From positions 124,001-188,000 of the IMG/VR virus record IMGVR_UViG_3300042566_001512: a DNA stretch of 64,000 nt; one strand, 5' to 3'. A program made the translations under genes and the position numbers. The number at the start of each line of letters is the position of its first letter. Within the stretch, counting starts at the first letter, position 1. The notes below the pieces were generated by a model. It was not told the origin of the DNA. It worked only from the letters and a program-made list of their open reading frames with translations, and searched no databases. Shown piece by piece: positions 1 to 10,128 of the stretch.

Positions 1-500
1 TTGGCGGCGTACAAGTAGGGTCGTTTGAAGACGATGGCGGAGAGCTAATTCAGTATTTGAAAGATGAATATCCTGAGCAGTATGCTGCGGCTCTTTCTGA
101 TAATCAGGCCGTCATTATCAGGACGGTGCTTTCTACCACGTCCGACGACTTTGTTGGATCCGAGTTTGAAGAGTCGCTAAAAGAACAGTATCTATCCGAA
201 CTGGATATCGGTCAGAACAATTCTCTTTTCTTGTATAGAAAAGAGTTCTTTATGTCCATCAACATGTTTTCAGCGGAGATAAATGAACACGTAGATGATC
301 AGGCCGATACGATTAGCGTATTCTCTGATAGCTTCCCTCGATTGTATTCTCTGTGTGAACATCTATCATCGTGTGCAAAATCCCTTGATGAGAACGAGGA
401 TTACGTATATAGCTACTACATGAAAACCCTGGACGACGTGGTGTACGTTGTAAATAGAAGTGCACTTCGCCCAACCACTTTCATTGTTGGACTAAAGTGA
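1..500 (+). CDS. Hypothetical acidic protein, 5'-truncated by the window
   Basis: The frame of ORF 57..500 is open back to the window start; no motif recognised. Confidence 0.6.
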   Translation, partial: GGVQVGSFEDDGGELIQYLKDEYPEQYAAALSDNQAVIIRTVLSTTSDDFVGSEFEESLKEQYLSELDIGQNNSLFLYRKEFFMSINMFSAEINEHVDDQADTISVFSDSFPRLYSLCEHLSSCAKSLDENEDYVYSYYMKTLDDVVYVVNRSALRPTTFIVGLK

Positions 501-506
501 TTTAAG

Positions 507-539
507 CATATAGCCCCTGGAGTCTCCAGGGGCTATATG
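507..539. terminator. Perfect 16-bp inverted repeat (CATA...TATG hairpin family)
   Basis: CATATAGCCCCTGGAG-T-CTCCAGGGGCTATATG just after the stop codon. Confidence 0.7.
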
Positions 540-1022
540 ACGTTAACCTCTATTAAAAGAAAGGCCCTAATAATTAAACTGAATAAATATTTAAAAATGA
601 AAGGAAATATATAAATAAAACTAATTATTAATTTAATCCCCAGAAAACAAGTAAAGGATTATTATAGAATTTATTGTCTACAGTTTCCCCCTAGTTAACT
701 TATCCGTCATAAACAGTGAACGTCTACTTTATTAAAGAGTAGACAAAATAATAGCTATTTACTACTTAGCCGCTATTATTTTGTAAGCTAATTTAAATCA
801 ATATCAAAAAACCTGTAAGTTTAAACAAAAAGACAAAACCCCGGCAGAGAGTAAAAACACAAATGGACCAACTAATTATAAACCATTGGAGGTAGAGTAT
901 AAAGGTTTCTACGCGCCAAAGTGAGTTAAGCACCAAGCGCACAACCTAGTACATAGGTAGTAAACAGAATAAAGACCATTTAAAAAATAGAAGTATAGTA
1001 TTTGAAATACATATAAACGCGA

Positions 1023-1057
1023 CATAATAGCCCAGGAGAAAATCCTGGGCTATTATG
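1023..1057. terminator. 15-bp hairpin (CATA...TATG family)
   Basis: CATAATAGCCCAGGA-GAAAA-TCCTGGGCTATTATG. Confidence 0.65.
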
Positions 1058-1079
1058 CAAAAAGTCTCATTTTATTTTT

Positions 1080-1125
1080 TTTCAGTCACATATATCTAAG
1101 CTGAATAGAAGCAATAGTGTTTCTA
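1080..1125 (+). promoter_or_regulatory. 46-bp repeated element, copy 1 (putative phage early promoter plus 5' hairpin)
   Basis: TTTCAGTCACATATATCTAAGCTGAATAGAAGCAATAGTGTTTCTA; 45/46 identical to 43728-43773 and similar to 32068-32113. Confidence 0.65.
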
Positions 1126-1150
1126 AAATTTTATTTTTAAGGCTTTTAAA

Positions 1151-1297
1151 ATGGTCTTCCGTGTTTGCGTGTGCAAAGCACTTTCTGTGGCGCCGGCCCT
1201 AGTCTCCAGGTGCTACTACAAGCTGGGTGGGTATCGCCCAGAATCCACTATTATTGCCTGTATTGCAAGATGCGCATTTCAGTTCTTTTCGTCATAA
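1151..1297 (+). CDS. Possible 48-aa Cys-rich small protein (MVFRVCVCKALSVAPALVSRCYY...) or decayed gene
   Basis: ATG ORF read by hand; it fills the space between the repeated element and a terminator hairpin, with AAGG upstream. Confidence 0.3.
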   Translation: MVFRVCVCKALSVAPALVSRCYYKLGGYRPESTIIACIARCAFQFFSS

Positions 1298-1336
1298 ATA
1301 ATACACCCTTGGACTTTTTGTCCAAGGGTGTATTAT
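1298..1336. terminator. 17-bp hairpin between convergent units
   Basis: ATAATACACCCTTGGAC-TTTTT-GTCCAAGGGTGTATTAT followed by a T-rich tract. Confidence 0.7.
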
Positions 1337-1352
1337 GCCTTTTATTTTTTAT

Positions 1353-4079
1353 TTATAATGTTCCGGTTTGGTCTTCCGGTTCAGAATCTGGAGAGCCTTG
1401 GTCGGCCTGACCAGGTGCCACCTGTTGCTGATTTTCAGTGGTCTGTGATTGAGCTTCTAAATTGCCCTGCTGATTAACTTCTCCAAGCTGATCGGCCCCA
1501 CCTCCTAACTCGTCACCTCCACCAAATACATCACCGCCTTCGGGCTCTTCACTTGGGGGAGGCACATCCTCTGGAGGCTTAAAGCCTAGTTCGTCTGAAG
1601 CCTCTTCCATTTTTTTCTTGATGGTGTTCATTACGGCCACCGTGGGCACCATGGACCTTATAAGAGATAACAGATGAGACTCCGTATCCGCAGGCATATC
1701 TATCGATGCTCGACCTTCTTCATTTAGGCTAGTTATGTCAGCCAGCTCAGTGAGTATACCCTTTTCAGTAAGGTACTTTCGAATAAAGTGAGCTTTGTAA
1801 AGAGCCTTTAAAGTTTCAATGTTTTGCGAAAACTCGCCCATTGAATTTTCGTTTATGATCTGGTCATTCATGTACGCCAAATCAATAGCTTTGTCTACTG
1901 CCGAAGAGTACGATTCTAAATCTGTCATCTGCTGCTCAAGAGTGACAGAAGTCGGTTTAGGTAACTCAACACAAAAGTTATCGACGAAATGATTAAGTAA
2001 ATCGTTTATAACGATTTTTTCTTTTCTTTCATCGTTTATTATGTTTCCTGCGTAATCTTTTACCTCGATTTCATCCAACTCTAGTTTTTCTTTATTTTGT
2101 AAAAGAATCTCTTTTAGATCGGACATCAGAGGTTGGCTAAATCTTACGCACTTACGCAAATGGTCACTCAGTTGCGGATTAAATATTTCCTGAAGCTCAA
2201 TAATTCTTTTACTGAACAAAATGTTATTCGCTACGACCGAAGCTGCGAATTCGCTATTAAAACCATTGTCCACCATTTCAGGCGAAACGTAAGTGCCCAT
2301 TATGGAGGCTTTTCTAAGAGCGTCTTGTAGATCACTATCGGGTCTTTGTTTGTTACTCTGCACGTCTTGAAAGTCAAAAGAAACGTCTGGTACTCCAGGG
2401 TGTCCCTCAAACTTCCACTCAAAACCGGCTCTTTGAATAAAGTCGGTGATGTCGGTGACGTTGCTAACAGATAAAGGAACGCTAAGTTGCCTGCCTCTAA
2501 CTATTTCGTTTTGAGCTATCTCAATCGTCTTCATCGGATCTGGATCCCTCTCGTCTAGCTTGAGGGTTGTCATGGTTCTGCCGATGGAGTTCTTAATACT
2601 ACCTATGATGTCCGAGAACAACAGAACTATTCGTAGTGCGTTAATGGTAGCAGTATCGTCCAGTAAGCTTTGACCAATGCCGTCGTCGCCGTGCTTAAAA
2701 GCAATATAGGTCATGTAGTCAGCAGGTATATATAGCATCTGCGTTAGCTTTTTGGACAGTGTCCGCGCGAGCATTATCTCATATATCTGGTGATTGCTAG
2801 ATATGCTTACGTTCGATGACCTGATGCCATTTTTTACTCTAGTTAGTAAGTCTTTTTCAACCAGTTCCGAATATATTTGAACGCTCATCTCCAAATGTTT
2901 TACCGAGTTATTATCAAATTGAACATTTGAGCCCAAATTGCTCTTTACCCGCTGTATAATTCCGGAAGTCATAGAGCTGTTAGTGGCGCCGCCAAACCCA
3001 CTAGACAGATTGTTATAATACTGATCTCCGCCTGGTGCTTGTATAGGCACGCCTTCTTCATCTAGACACACGAAGAACCCTATTTGCTTTTCTGATTCTC
3101 CAGGTATAAAAACTGGTATTACAGATTCTGCAGGAAAGCGTTTAATTAGTGGGTTACCTATACTCTTTCTATGTAACTCGTCAGGTCTCTTCATCGCTAC
3201 GACCTGATCTCCTTTTGTTTGTTTTCTATTATACAGAGTTCTTTCGATTCTGTATTCGCTTATATTGTTGGCCCTATTAGATTCTAACGATATTTGCTTA
3301 TATGCATCGCTATATTTTTCTTTTCTGGCGGATGTGTTTATGTCGTGTATGCGCAACACCATTGGATTGTCTGTTACGTATACGTATTCGTTTTTCTCGT
3401 ATTTATCCGCAAAGACAAAACGGCAGTATCCATCTTCTTCGCTAACAGAGGTAGAGGATAGAGATTCGACGGCCAGCCCAACGTCTGGGGATCCGGTCTC
3501 TTTATAGCCACCCAATATGCCAATGGATTTAACCATCTTAGTGTTTGTATGAACAAACCCCCTCAACGACTCCATTGTTATTTTCTTTTGACCATTTATC
3601 AAATCGTCAATCACGTTTTCTGGTATAACGCAAACAGGATAACTTCCGTCTTCGGCTAGACATTTTCTTAGTATTTTTGGAAGTAAGGGTTTAATTTTAT
3701 AGACCTTAGTGAAGTGCTGCCTTATCCTTTTTAGCATCGTGGCGTTTACGTCGCTGGACAACAGTTCCTCTGGACCCAGCCAATTTAGTTCGGCTCCCGT
3801 CATGTCTGAGGGTGAAAGTATGCAGCTAGTAAGAATTCTGATGCCCAATTCTACGTCCGGAAGTAACTTAAGTACCGCGGCAGCATCTACGCTCTTCTTT
3901 GCTCTTTTAGATAGTCTGTTTCTAAATAAATGACTATTTGGTACAGTTATTTTTCTGCTACCATCGGTGTCTCTAGCTGGTCCCCTTATGTGACTATCGA
4001 CCAATTTAGAAATAGCCGCGGCTTGCTCCGGGTCGGAGTTAACCATGTTAAGTATTGGTTTACTGTTTTGCTGATTCAT
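1353..4079 (-). CDS. Portal protein (phiKZ gp129-like)
   Basis: 908 aa with acidic disordered C-tail; segments such as GSYPVCVIPE, GNPLIKRFPAESVIPV and GIGQSLLD; size and divergent position beside 728/280-aa virion genes match phiKZ-like order as recalled. Confidence 0.75.
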   Translation of the reverse strand: MNQQNSKPILNMVNSDPEQAAAISKLVDSHIRGPARDTDGSRKITVPNSHLFRNRLSKRAKKSVDAAAVLKLLPDVELGIRILTSCILSPSDMTGAELNWLGPEELLSSDVNATMLKRIRQHFTKVYKIKPLLPKILRKCLAEDGSYPVCVIPENVIDDLINGQKKITMESLRGFVHTNTKMVKSIGILGGYKETGSPDVGLAVESLSSTSVSEEDGYCRFVFADKYEKNEYVYVTDNPMVLRIHDINTSARKEKYSDAYKQISLESNRANNISEYRIERTLYNRKQTKGDQVVAMKRPDELHRKSIGNPLIKRFPAESVIPVFIPGESEKQIGFFVCLDEEGVPIQAPGGDQYYNNLSSGFGGATNSSMTSGIIQRVKSNLGSNVQFDNNSVKHLEMSVQIYSELVEKDLLTRVKNGIRSSNVSISSNHQIYEIMLARTLSKKLTQMLYIPADYMTYIAFKHGDDGIGQSLLDDTATINALRIVLLFSDIIGSIKNSIGRTMTTLKLDERDPDPMKTIEIAQNEIVRGRQLSVPLSVSNVTDITDFIQRAGFEWKFEGHPGVPDVSFDFQDVQSNKQRPDSDLQDALRKASIMGTYVSPEMVDNGFNSEFAASVVANNILFSKRIIELQEIFNPQLSDHLRKCVRFSQPLMSDLKEILLQNKEKLELDEIEVKDYAGNIINDERKEKIVINDLLNHFVDNFCVELPKPTSVTLEQQMTDLESYSSAVDKAIDLAYMNDQIINENSMGEFSQNIETLKALYKAHFIRKYLTEKGILTELADITSLNEEGRASIDMPADTESHLLSLIRSMVPTVAVMNTIKKKMEEASDELGFKPPEDVPPPSEEPEGGDVFGGGDELGGGADQLGEVNQQGNLEAQSQTTENQQQVAPGQADQGSPDSEPEDQTGTL

Positions 4080-4123
4080 CTTTTTCTCTCTTTTGATCTT
4101 GTTTTATAAAAGGTAACCGTTTT

Positions 4124-6310
4124 ATGGTCAATAACTATTATCAAATTTATCTAAATAGCGTGTTTGACCTGGCGAATACGATATCTATAAAGTTTCACCA
4201 GGCCGCAGAGGCAATAAACAACAAAGTCATGATAGATTACGGTTACCAATCCGTAGATCTTGACGACCCCACAAGCTGGAAGTATTATCAAAATATAAGC
4301 GGCTCGTATCATTTCAGCAATAAAATAATGGAAATAACCTCACTGGATACATTGGAGGTTATACAGTTTAGTAAGGATATTCTTGAGCACCATCCGGCCA
4401 CGTTAAAGGCCTACCAGTACGGAACTAGGTATTACAAAGAACTGTTATACAAGTACCCTCAAGAAGAAATGCTAATAAGAGGTATACTCTATCCGTGCGA
4501 CCTGCAAACGGCAGTATCGGCCAAAGACGCCACTATACTTAGCTACCCCAAATATTTAGTGGACGAAAATGAATATAGTTTTATTACGAATCTGCAGGAC
4601 TGGATTTATGATTATTATACAAGGTGGGTGAATAAACAATACACTATCTCTCACGACCTTTACGTTGCCGCGTATATGGGTCAGTTATATATGCATTTAG
4701 TTCCTGCGATTATAAACATACGACTAAATGCTTGTAAGAGCAGTGAGGCACACGGGTTTCATGTGCGACAATATCTCGCCAGCCACGGTATGTTGGATAA
4801 GTACTTAAGCACAATGACTAAGAGCCAGGCGCTTTTCTTGTATAGAAACATAGACTACATCGAGGCAAATGCCGGTAAACGACTGGTGTTTGATTGGTTA
4901 GTGGAAAACGTAATGACTGTTAGAGGTCTGCCCCTGTACGAGTACGACGCAAAACACGACCTGTCTAACATGGTTCCTAGCGAAGACAACGGGTTTTCTA
5001 GTCAAGACAGACCCAACGTGATATTCAGGCGACTACCCATAAACTACCCTACAATAGACCCAAAGAGAAATACGTACGGGTTAAGCGATATATTCGATAA
5101 GATACAAGAAGAAGCAGTGGGTAATTTGGAATACCAGACAAACAATGCCTCTCCTATACTTAACGAACTAATAGACTCCGATTCAAACGTAATACCGACA
5201 AAACTTATAGAATCGGCTATTAAAGACTACTCCGACTCTGTTCCTTACAGACTGGAAGATATTCTATTAAACGAATGGCTTCACATGTCAAGTACCGGAA
5301 GGTTCACCGCATACGTGACCATAGAGTTTCCTATAAGTAAAGAAACTAGCACCATAAATGTAAAGGAAGCGTTCATTCTTTACATCTACTGTGTTCTGAA
5401 GGTGATGAATTTTAATCCTTTAAGCCTTCCTAAAGTAATAGCAAGTAGAGTATACAAGGATCAAAAGCCTACGCTGGAATGGATGTATTCTTATTTTTCA
5501 GGAAGCCATCTAAGTAAACAGCAGATACAGTCTGTTTTTTTAAACAACCCGCCTACTACAGGCGTTTCTTCGATAGATTCCTTTTACCAGAGAGCAAACG
5601 ATATCTATAAATTAACTCTGCAACACTATTACGCAGAGGCTAGAAATGAGCACTTTATAGAAACCGGTGAGTTAAAGGTTGCTAATAGCCAACTATTTAT
5701 GGATAAGATTATTCAACTGGAGTCCGAAACTGGACATACGTTATATTCGGATTGGCTAAGTTCTTACAGCTATGATTTATCCGGATACGCAGCAAACGAT
5801 TATCTGGATTTAGCAAACGTTATCTACGGTGCCGCCACAGGTGCACTTGCTAACAAACAACTAAGTATTAAAGAGATACAAAATGCAATGGTTAGTTTGT
5901 TTAAACAACTCTCTAGCTACTCAATTCAAATAGTAACCGACATAAACGAATCGGGAATATACCTAGTACCAGACGGCGGGGTTAAGACGGGCGATAGGTC
6001 AGACATAGATCAATCGCAAGAGCTGGTAGAAAATTCTATAATTGGAGTAAATAGCAACAAAGGAAACGAAAAATCCAATTACTTGCTAGATATGAATAAT
6101 TTATATTCTTTCGGTCAAATTAACTCCGCAGACAGCGACAGAGTGAACATAGATTATACATCTGAAAACGCCGTGTTTACAAAAGTAGATGAGTTTAGTA
6201 TGATGAACGTAGAATGTGCAGTAATACGCGCAAGCGGTGCTGACTTTACAGTTGACTATGAATCTTTAACCCCGGAGCAAAAGCTAGAGCTTTTTGAATT
6301 GAACATTTAA
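4124..6310 (+). CDS. Conserved virion structural protein (phiKZ gp128-like)
   Basis: 728 aa; SWKYYQNISGSYH, ITSLDTLEVI and QALFLYRNIDYI segments; synteny with portal. Confidence 0.65.
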   Translation: MVNNYYQIYLNSVFDLANTISIKFHQAAEAINNKVMIDYGYQSVDLDDPTSWKYYQNISGSYHFSNKIMEITSLDTLEVIQFSKDILEHHPATLKAYQYGTRYYKELLYKYPQEEMLIRGILYPCDLQTAVSAKDATILSYPKYLVDENEYSFITNLQDWIYDYYTRWVNKQYTISHDLYVAAYMGQLYMHLVPAIINIRLNACKSSEAHGFHVRQYLASHGMLDKYLSTMTKSQALFLYRNIDYIEANAGKRLVFDWLVENVMTVRGLPLYEYDAKHDLSNMVPSEDNGFSSQDRPNVIFRRLPINYPTIDPKRNTYGLSDIFDKIQEEAVGNLEYQTNNASPILNELIDSDSNVIPTKLIESAIKDYSDSVPYRLEDILLNEWLHMSSTGRFTAYVTIEFPISKETSTINVKEAFILYIYCVLKVMNFNPLSLPKVIASRVYKDQKPTLEWMYSYFSGSHLSKQQIQSVFLNNPPTTGVSSIDSFYQRANDIYKLTLQHYYAEARNEHFIETGELKVANSQLFMDKIIQLESETGHTLYSDWLSSYSYDLSGYAANDYLDLANVIYGAATGALANKQLSIKEIQNAMVSLFKQLSSYSIQIVTDINESGIYLVPDGGVKTGDRSDIDQSQELVENSIIGVNSNKGNEKSNYLLDMNNLYSFGQINSADSDRVNIDYTSENAVFTKVDEFSMMNVECAVIRASGADFTVDYESLTPEQKLELFELNI

Positions 6311-6373
6311 TAATTCATAAAGTGAATAGTGTGATTTGCCCAACAAATAACAGTTTTTTAATTGAGGAACTAA

Positions 6374-7216
6374 ATGGAACATGTAACTCGTACAGTGTAT
6401 GGGTCTTATCTACAGACCTGTTTGAAATTGCGAATTCCGCACACAATCCAGGAATACACTACCCTAAACGAAAAACTAGGGATTCAGTCTGGAATATACC
6501 CGTCCCCAGGTGTATATCCATCGACTAAGTATTTCTGCATCGGAAACAAAGGGCATACTAGCCAGATAGGTGCCGACGGAATCGGCTTAAACGTAGCTGC
6601 GCAGCACAGGGCCACAGATGCGGCACTGTTTAACCAAATACCTTTTGTTTTAAGAGAGGTAACGAACGATCTTACCACTGCTGAGCGCGCAAACTACGCA
6701 CTGCGCAGAGAAGAGCAGCATAACGGATCTTCATACGTGGCGTACTACCTTCGCAGGATAGACATGACGGGCGTCGAGGCCGAAATGCAATATAGGACAA
6801 ACGTAAACGGCAACATCGTAGTTACGCCCTTTGTTCCAACCGCAGATAATCTTAACCCTTCGCCAGTTAGTATACCTAGCGAAGGATCTGGAACAGTATC
6901 TGGCGACTATGTTACAGTTACTGCGGAAATAGACATAAGTTTGTCAGCCTGGGAAGTAGCAGAGTTACTGAATGTGGCTGAAATACTTTACGGAGACACC
7001 AGCTACGCGATTATTTCAGAAATAGGTTTGTGTTCTGGTTTAGATAAAGCCGTTTCCGTCACCCCTAGCGTAGGCGCCCCTTTTAACTTTAATGAAGCTA
7101 TAGGTGTACAAATTAGCTCTCATATTGCAGTGATGAACTTGGTCAAGTACTCCAATAGTGGAGTCACTAGAATACTTGGCCTGGGTACAAATGATCCATT
7201 ATTTAATATTTTCTAA
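6374..7216 (+). CDS. Virion structural protein (phiKZ gp127-like, probable baseplate)
   Basis: 280 aa with GAGG RBS; TTLNEKLGI, YFCIGNKGH, IPFVLR and AIISEIGLCSG segments; synteny. Confidence 0.65.
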   Translation: MEHVTRTVYGSYLQTCLKLRIPHTIQEYTTLNEKLGIQSGIYPSPGVYPSTKYFCIGNKGHTSQIGADGIGLNVAAQHRATDAALFNQIPFVLREVTNDLTTAERANYALRREEQHNGSSYVAYYLRRIDMTGVEAEMQYRTNVNGNIVVTPFVPTADNLNPSPVSIPSEGSGTVSGDYVTVTAEIDISLSAWEVAELLNVAEILYGDTSYAIISEIGLCSGLDKAVSVTPSVGAPFNFNEAIGVQISSHIAVMNLVKYSNSGVTRILGLGTNDPLFNIF

Positions 7217-7249
7217 AACAGTATATGTAATGGGTAACTAAACAGACCC

Positions 7250-7308
7250 CATAATCCCAATTACACTCTGAGGTGGTTTTTCTGCCTTGGTTTGTAGTTG
7301 GGATTATG
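7250..7308. terminator. Long interrupted hairpin (CATA...TATG family)
   Basis: CATAATCCCAATTACA ... TGTAGTTGGGATTATG arms. Confidence 0.55.
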
Positions 7309-7397
7309 CCGTATTATTTTTTAAATTGGTAAATAAAATACAATACTGTGCCTAGTGCCTTTTTGGCAACTTTAAACAACAGAATAACATTTTAAAT

Positions 7398-7985
7398 ATG
7401 CTACCTTACCCATTAGATAAAAATGCACAAGCGTGCATAGTGGGGATAGACCCCGGATCAGAAACCCTTGGGGTTTGCATTTTGTATTTTAACGTTGTTA
7501 CTATACAGGTAACCGAAATAATAACAAACACTTACATAGGAAGCAAGCTACCGATTAGCCCAATGCTGTCATTAATGCACGGAGATAGGGTGTCTAGGAT
7601 AGCCGCTCACCAGCTCAATTTAATTAATATATACAGACAGCATAATCCGGTGGCCGTGGTATCGGAAGCCCCCTTCTATAACCCTAGGAGGCCAAATGCT
7701 TTTGGCGCATTAGTTGAAGTTATCTGCGCGATAAGAAATAGCGTAATAAATTACAGCGATACAATGTGTCTTTATCAGATAGATCCGGCCAGCGTTAAAC
7801 GAGCCATTGGCGCTAAAGGAAACGCAGACAAGGACGTAGTAAAGCAGCACATCGGTTTAATACCAGAAATAGTGAATAATTTAAAAATCCCATTAAATTT
7901 ACTAGACGAGCATTCGATAGATGCCACCGCAGTAGCTTATCATCATCTTCTTTCATACCGAAACAACCAACTTAACTTTATTTAA
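7398..7985 (+). CDS. ruvC: RuvC-like Holliday junction resolvase
   Basis: IVGIDPGSETLG, VVSEAPF, VKRAIGAKGNADKDVV and DEHSIDATAVA match RuvC catalytic motifs. Confidence 0.88.
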   Translation: MLPYPLDKNAQACIVGIDPGSETLGVCILYFNVVTIQVTEIITNTYIGSKLPISPMLSLMHGDRVSRIAAHQLNLINIYRQHNPVAVVSEAPFYNPRRPNAFGALVEVICAIRNSVINYSDTMCLYQIDPASVKRAIGAKGNADKDVVKQHIGLIPEIVNNLKIPLNLLDEHSIDATAVAYHHLLSYRNNQLNFI

Positions 7986-7995
7986 AGGATAGAAA

Positions 7996-8505
7996 ATGTT
8001 TGACTTCCCTCTCATGGTGTTGACCAGTTTTTTTAAGTCACTAATGGCTAAGTTTTCTAAACCAAAAACACGGATAACTGGTTTATTCGTTGCACTTATT
8101 TTAGGTTACGGCGTTTACTTAGCCGTCGGCTTAGTTAAGAATGTTTTTTCTAATGAAGAAAAAAGCCTGATTGAAAGCAGAGAACAGATTGCTCAGCAGC
8201 AAGAGCAAATAAAATCGCAGCAGTTAATAATTGAAGAGATGAGAAAAAGTATAGAACAGCTAAAGGCTTCTAATGAATTGACTCTGTCCATAGTAAAAGA
8301 ACTTAATTCCGAACAAAAGAAAATAGAAATTAATGTTAAAAATACTAAAAAATGGATAGACAAGTCACTCGCCCAGGTAGATTCGCTAGACATTTCTGAT
8401 CAAGAGAAAGAAAAGAAAAGAAGCCAGGTACTTATAAAAGGACTAAATCAAACTTATTGTCAGCTTTTCGAAAATTCATGCGTGGCCAACGGAGTAAATA
8501 AATGA
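7996..8505 (+). CDS. Putative inner-membrane spanin (Rz-like)
   Basis: One N-terminal TM helix, long coiled coil, C-terminal Cys pair; overlaps a downstream lipoprotein gene. Confidence 0.6.
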   Translation: MFDFPLMVLTSFFKSLMAKFSKPKTRITGLFVALILGYGVYLAVGLVKNVFSNEEKSLIESREQIAQQQEQIKSQQLIIEEMRKSIEQLKASNELTLSIVKELNSEQKKIEINVKNTKKWIDKSLAQVDSLDISDQEKEKKRSQVLIKGLNQTYCQLFENSCVANGVNK

Positions 8506-8849
8506 AGCGTTTATTTTTAATTTGTATTTTATTCTTGCCTTTTATTTACGGTTGTGCTTCTACAAAAACAAATACCGTAACGGTGGTAAGAAACGTGTTT
8601 GTTCAAGTTCCTAGTGAGCTAACGCAACCGTGCTCTGCCACAGCTCCTATTAGCGAAACGGAATACGAGAATTTATCACCATACGACAAAGAGTACTGGT
8701 TAAGTAACTATTCTTTGTCTTTGTTAAAGGACTTGGCAGTCTGCTCCGATAAAGTAATAAAGATAGATAAGTGGAGTAAACAGCAAGAATTGATATTTTC
8801 AAATAAGTTAAAGGACGATAAAGATGATAAGTCAGGACGACCAAAATAG
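8502..8849 (+). CDS. Putative outer-membrane spanin lipoprotein (Rz1-like)
   Basis: Signal peptide with lipobox IYGC; VPSELTQPC proline/cysteine segment typical of o-spanins. Confidence 0.65.
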   Translation: MKRLFLICILFLPFIYGCASTKTNTVTVVRNVFVQVPSELTQPCSATAPISETEYENLSPYDKEYWLSNYSLSLLKDLAVCSDKVIKIDKWSKQQELIFSNKLKDDKDDKSGRPK

Positions 8850-9117
8850 GCAAAATCAAGAGTATTTAGAGAATGAAAACCCTAATGAAATAACAGAAAC
8901 TCCGAAAGGAGTAGAAGTTTATAAAGAGGTAGAGCGCTTTAAGCTTGGAATATGGCTTGCCAAAGTCTTTTCTTTGTTTTTGCTTATAGTGGTCACTTTC
9001 TTTATATCAATATATGGGTATGTGGCGGTAACCACTGCGGTACTGGGCGACCTAGCGGGTCTGGGCTCTTTACTCAGTGGGTTTTTTGAAGTTATTAAAG
9101 TGGTACTAGTCCCATGA
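8824..9117 (+). CDS. Small membrane protein, holin candidate
   Basis: 97 aa with one or two hydrophobic helices, coupled to the spanin pair. Confidence 0.4.
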   Translation: MISQDDQNRQNQEYLENENPNEITETPKGVEVYKEVERFKLGIWLAKVFSLFLLIVVTFFISIYGYVAVTTAVLGDLAGLGSLLSGFFEVIKVVLVP

Positions 9118-9764
9118 AAAAGAACCTTAAACAGATAATGATGGCGCTAGAGGAACAGGCTAGCGGAAAAGCAAGCTTTGAGAGAGAATATGTTTTCTAT
9201 GCAAGGCTGTCAGATAAGAGACTGCTAGATAAAGCAACTCACGTGGAAACGCAGGAACAGTGGACTGTAAAGATAGCGAAAAATGACTCCAACCACGCCT
9301 CAGGTACAATAAGAATAAGAAGAACCGACGACAATGACAAGGTAAGCTACGTGCTTACTATCAAGACCCCGGTAAAGCCCCTAGAACGCGATACTGCAAA
9401 ATCTGATACGGTGGTAGCTGACGCGTCGCAAAACATGCTAGAAGTGGCTATAGACGCCTCTGAAGATGCCTTTGAGCAGTTTAAAATGATCTCTGAACAG
9501 GGCATGAAGAAAACTAGATATACCTTCCCGATAGACGGTACAGATCTTAAGTTTGAAGTGGATTTGTTTGATGGGCAAAAGGACGATAAACCCTGGGTAA
9601 AGATAGACCTTGAAGTCAAGCAGCATCTAGATAGTATTCCGCAACTGCCAAGTGGCTTTGAGGAAATTATATATAATCAAAAAGATGAACAAACCCAACA
9701 AGAAAAAGACATTATTTGGAATCTCTATGAAAAGATTTTCTTAATTAAAAATGTTTATCTATAA
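9114..9764 (+). CDS. CYTH (triphosphate tunnel metalloenzyme)-like protein
   Basis: N-terminal EREY (ExExK-like), IRIRR, LTIK, KTRYTF, FEVDLF and IDLEV follow the CYTH pattern. Confidence 0.7.
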   Translation: MKKNLKQIMMALEEQASGKASFEREYVFYARLSDKRLLDKATHVETQEQWTVKIAKNDSNHASGTIRIRRTDDNDKVSYVLTIKTPVKPLERDTAKSDTVVADASQNMLEVAIDASEDAFEQFKMISEQGMKKTRYTFPIDGTDLKFEVDLFDGQKDDKPWVKIDLEVKQHLDSIPQLPSGFEEIIYNQKDEQTQQEKDIIWNLYEKIFLIKNVYL

Positions 9765-10072
9765 TGAAAATTATAATAAATAATAAACTTTTTACAGCTT
9801 GTTTAGAGAACGAATTCATTTTTCCAATATTGGCTTTGCTGGTGGCAATTTTTAGTTGTCAATTAGCTGAGTATTTTTTGCAGTTAAACCTCACTACGCT
9901 TTTTATTACGATGGGAGGTTTTATAGTTTATAGCCACTTAAGCGGGATTACGAGAAATAATATATTTAACTATGAAAAATACGATTTATATAAAAATAGT
10001 GAATTGTTCATATTTTCTAATGCTTGTTACGTGATAGCTATTATTATTTTTTCATCAATTATTTTTAAATAA
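9764..10072 (+). CDS. Hypothetical membrane protein (3 TM)
   Basis: 102 aa hydrophobic ORF with TAATG overlap to the upstream gene. Confidence 0.55.
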   Translation: MKIIINNKLFTACLENEFIFPILALLVAIFSCQLAEYFLQLNLTTLFITMGGFIVYSHLSGITRNNIFNYEKYDLYKNSELFIFSNACYVIAIIIFSSIIFK

Positions 10073-10088
10073 CGACTTTATGTACCGG

Positions 10089-10120
10089 CATAAATGGCAG
10101 GAAAAATCCTGCCATTTATG
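10089..10120. terminator. 14-bp hairpin between convergent genes (CATA...TATG family)
   Basis: CATAAATGGCAGGA-AAAA-TCCTGCCATTTATG. Confidence 0.7.
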
Positions 10121-10128
10121 TTGTTTTA

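Noticed and set aside
1165-1410. 81-aa TTG ORF
   Set aside because: It runs through a terminator hairpin and into the portal gene; the 1151-1297 ATG frame fits the unit better.
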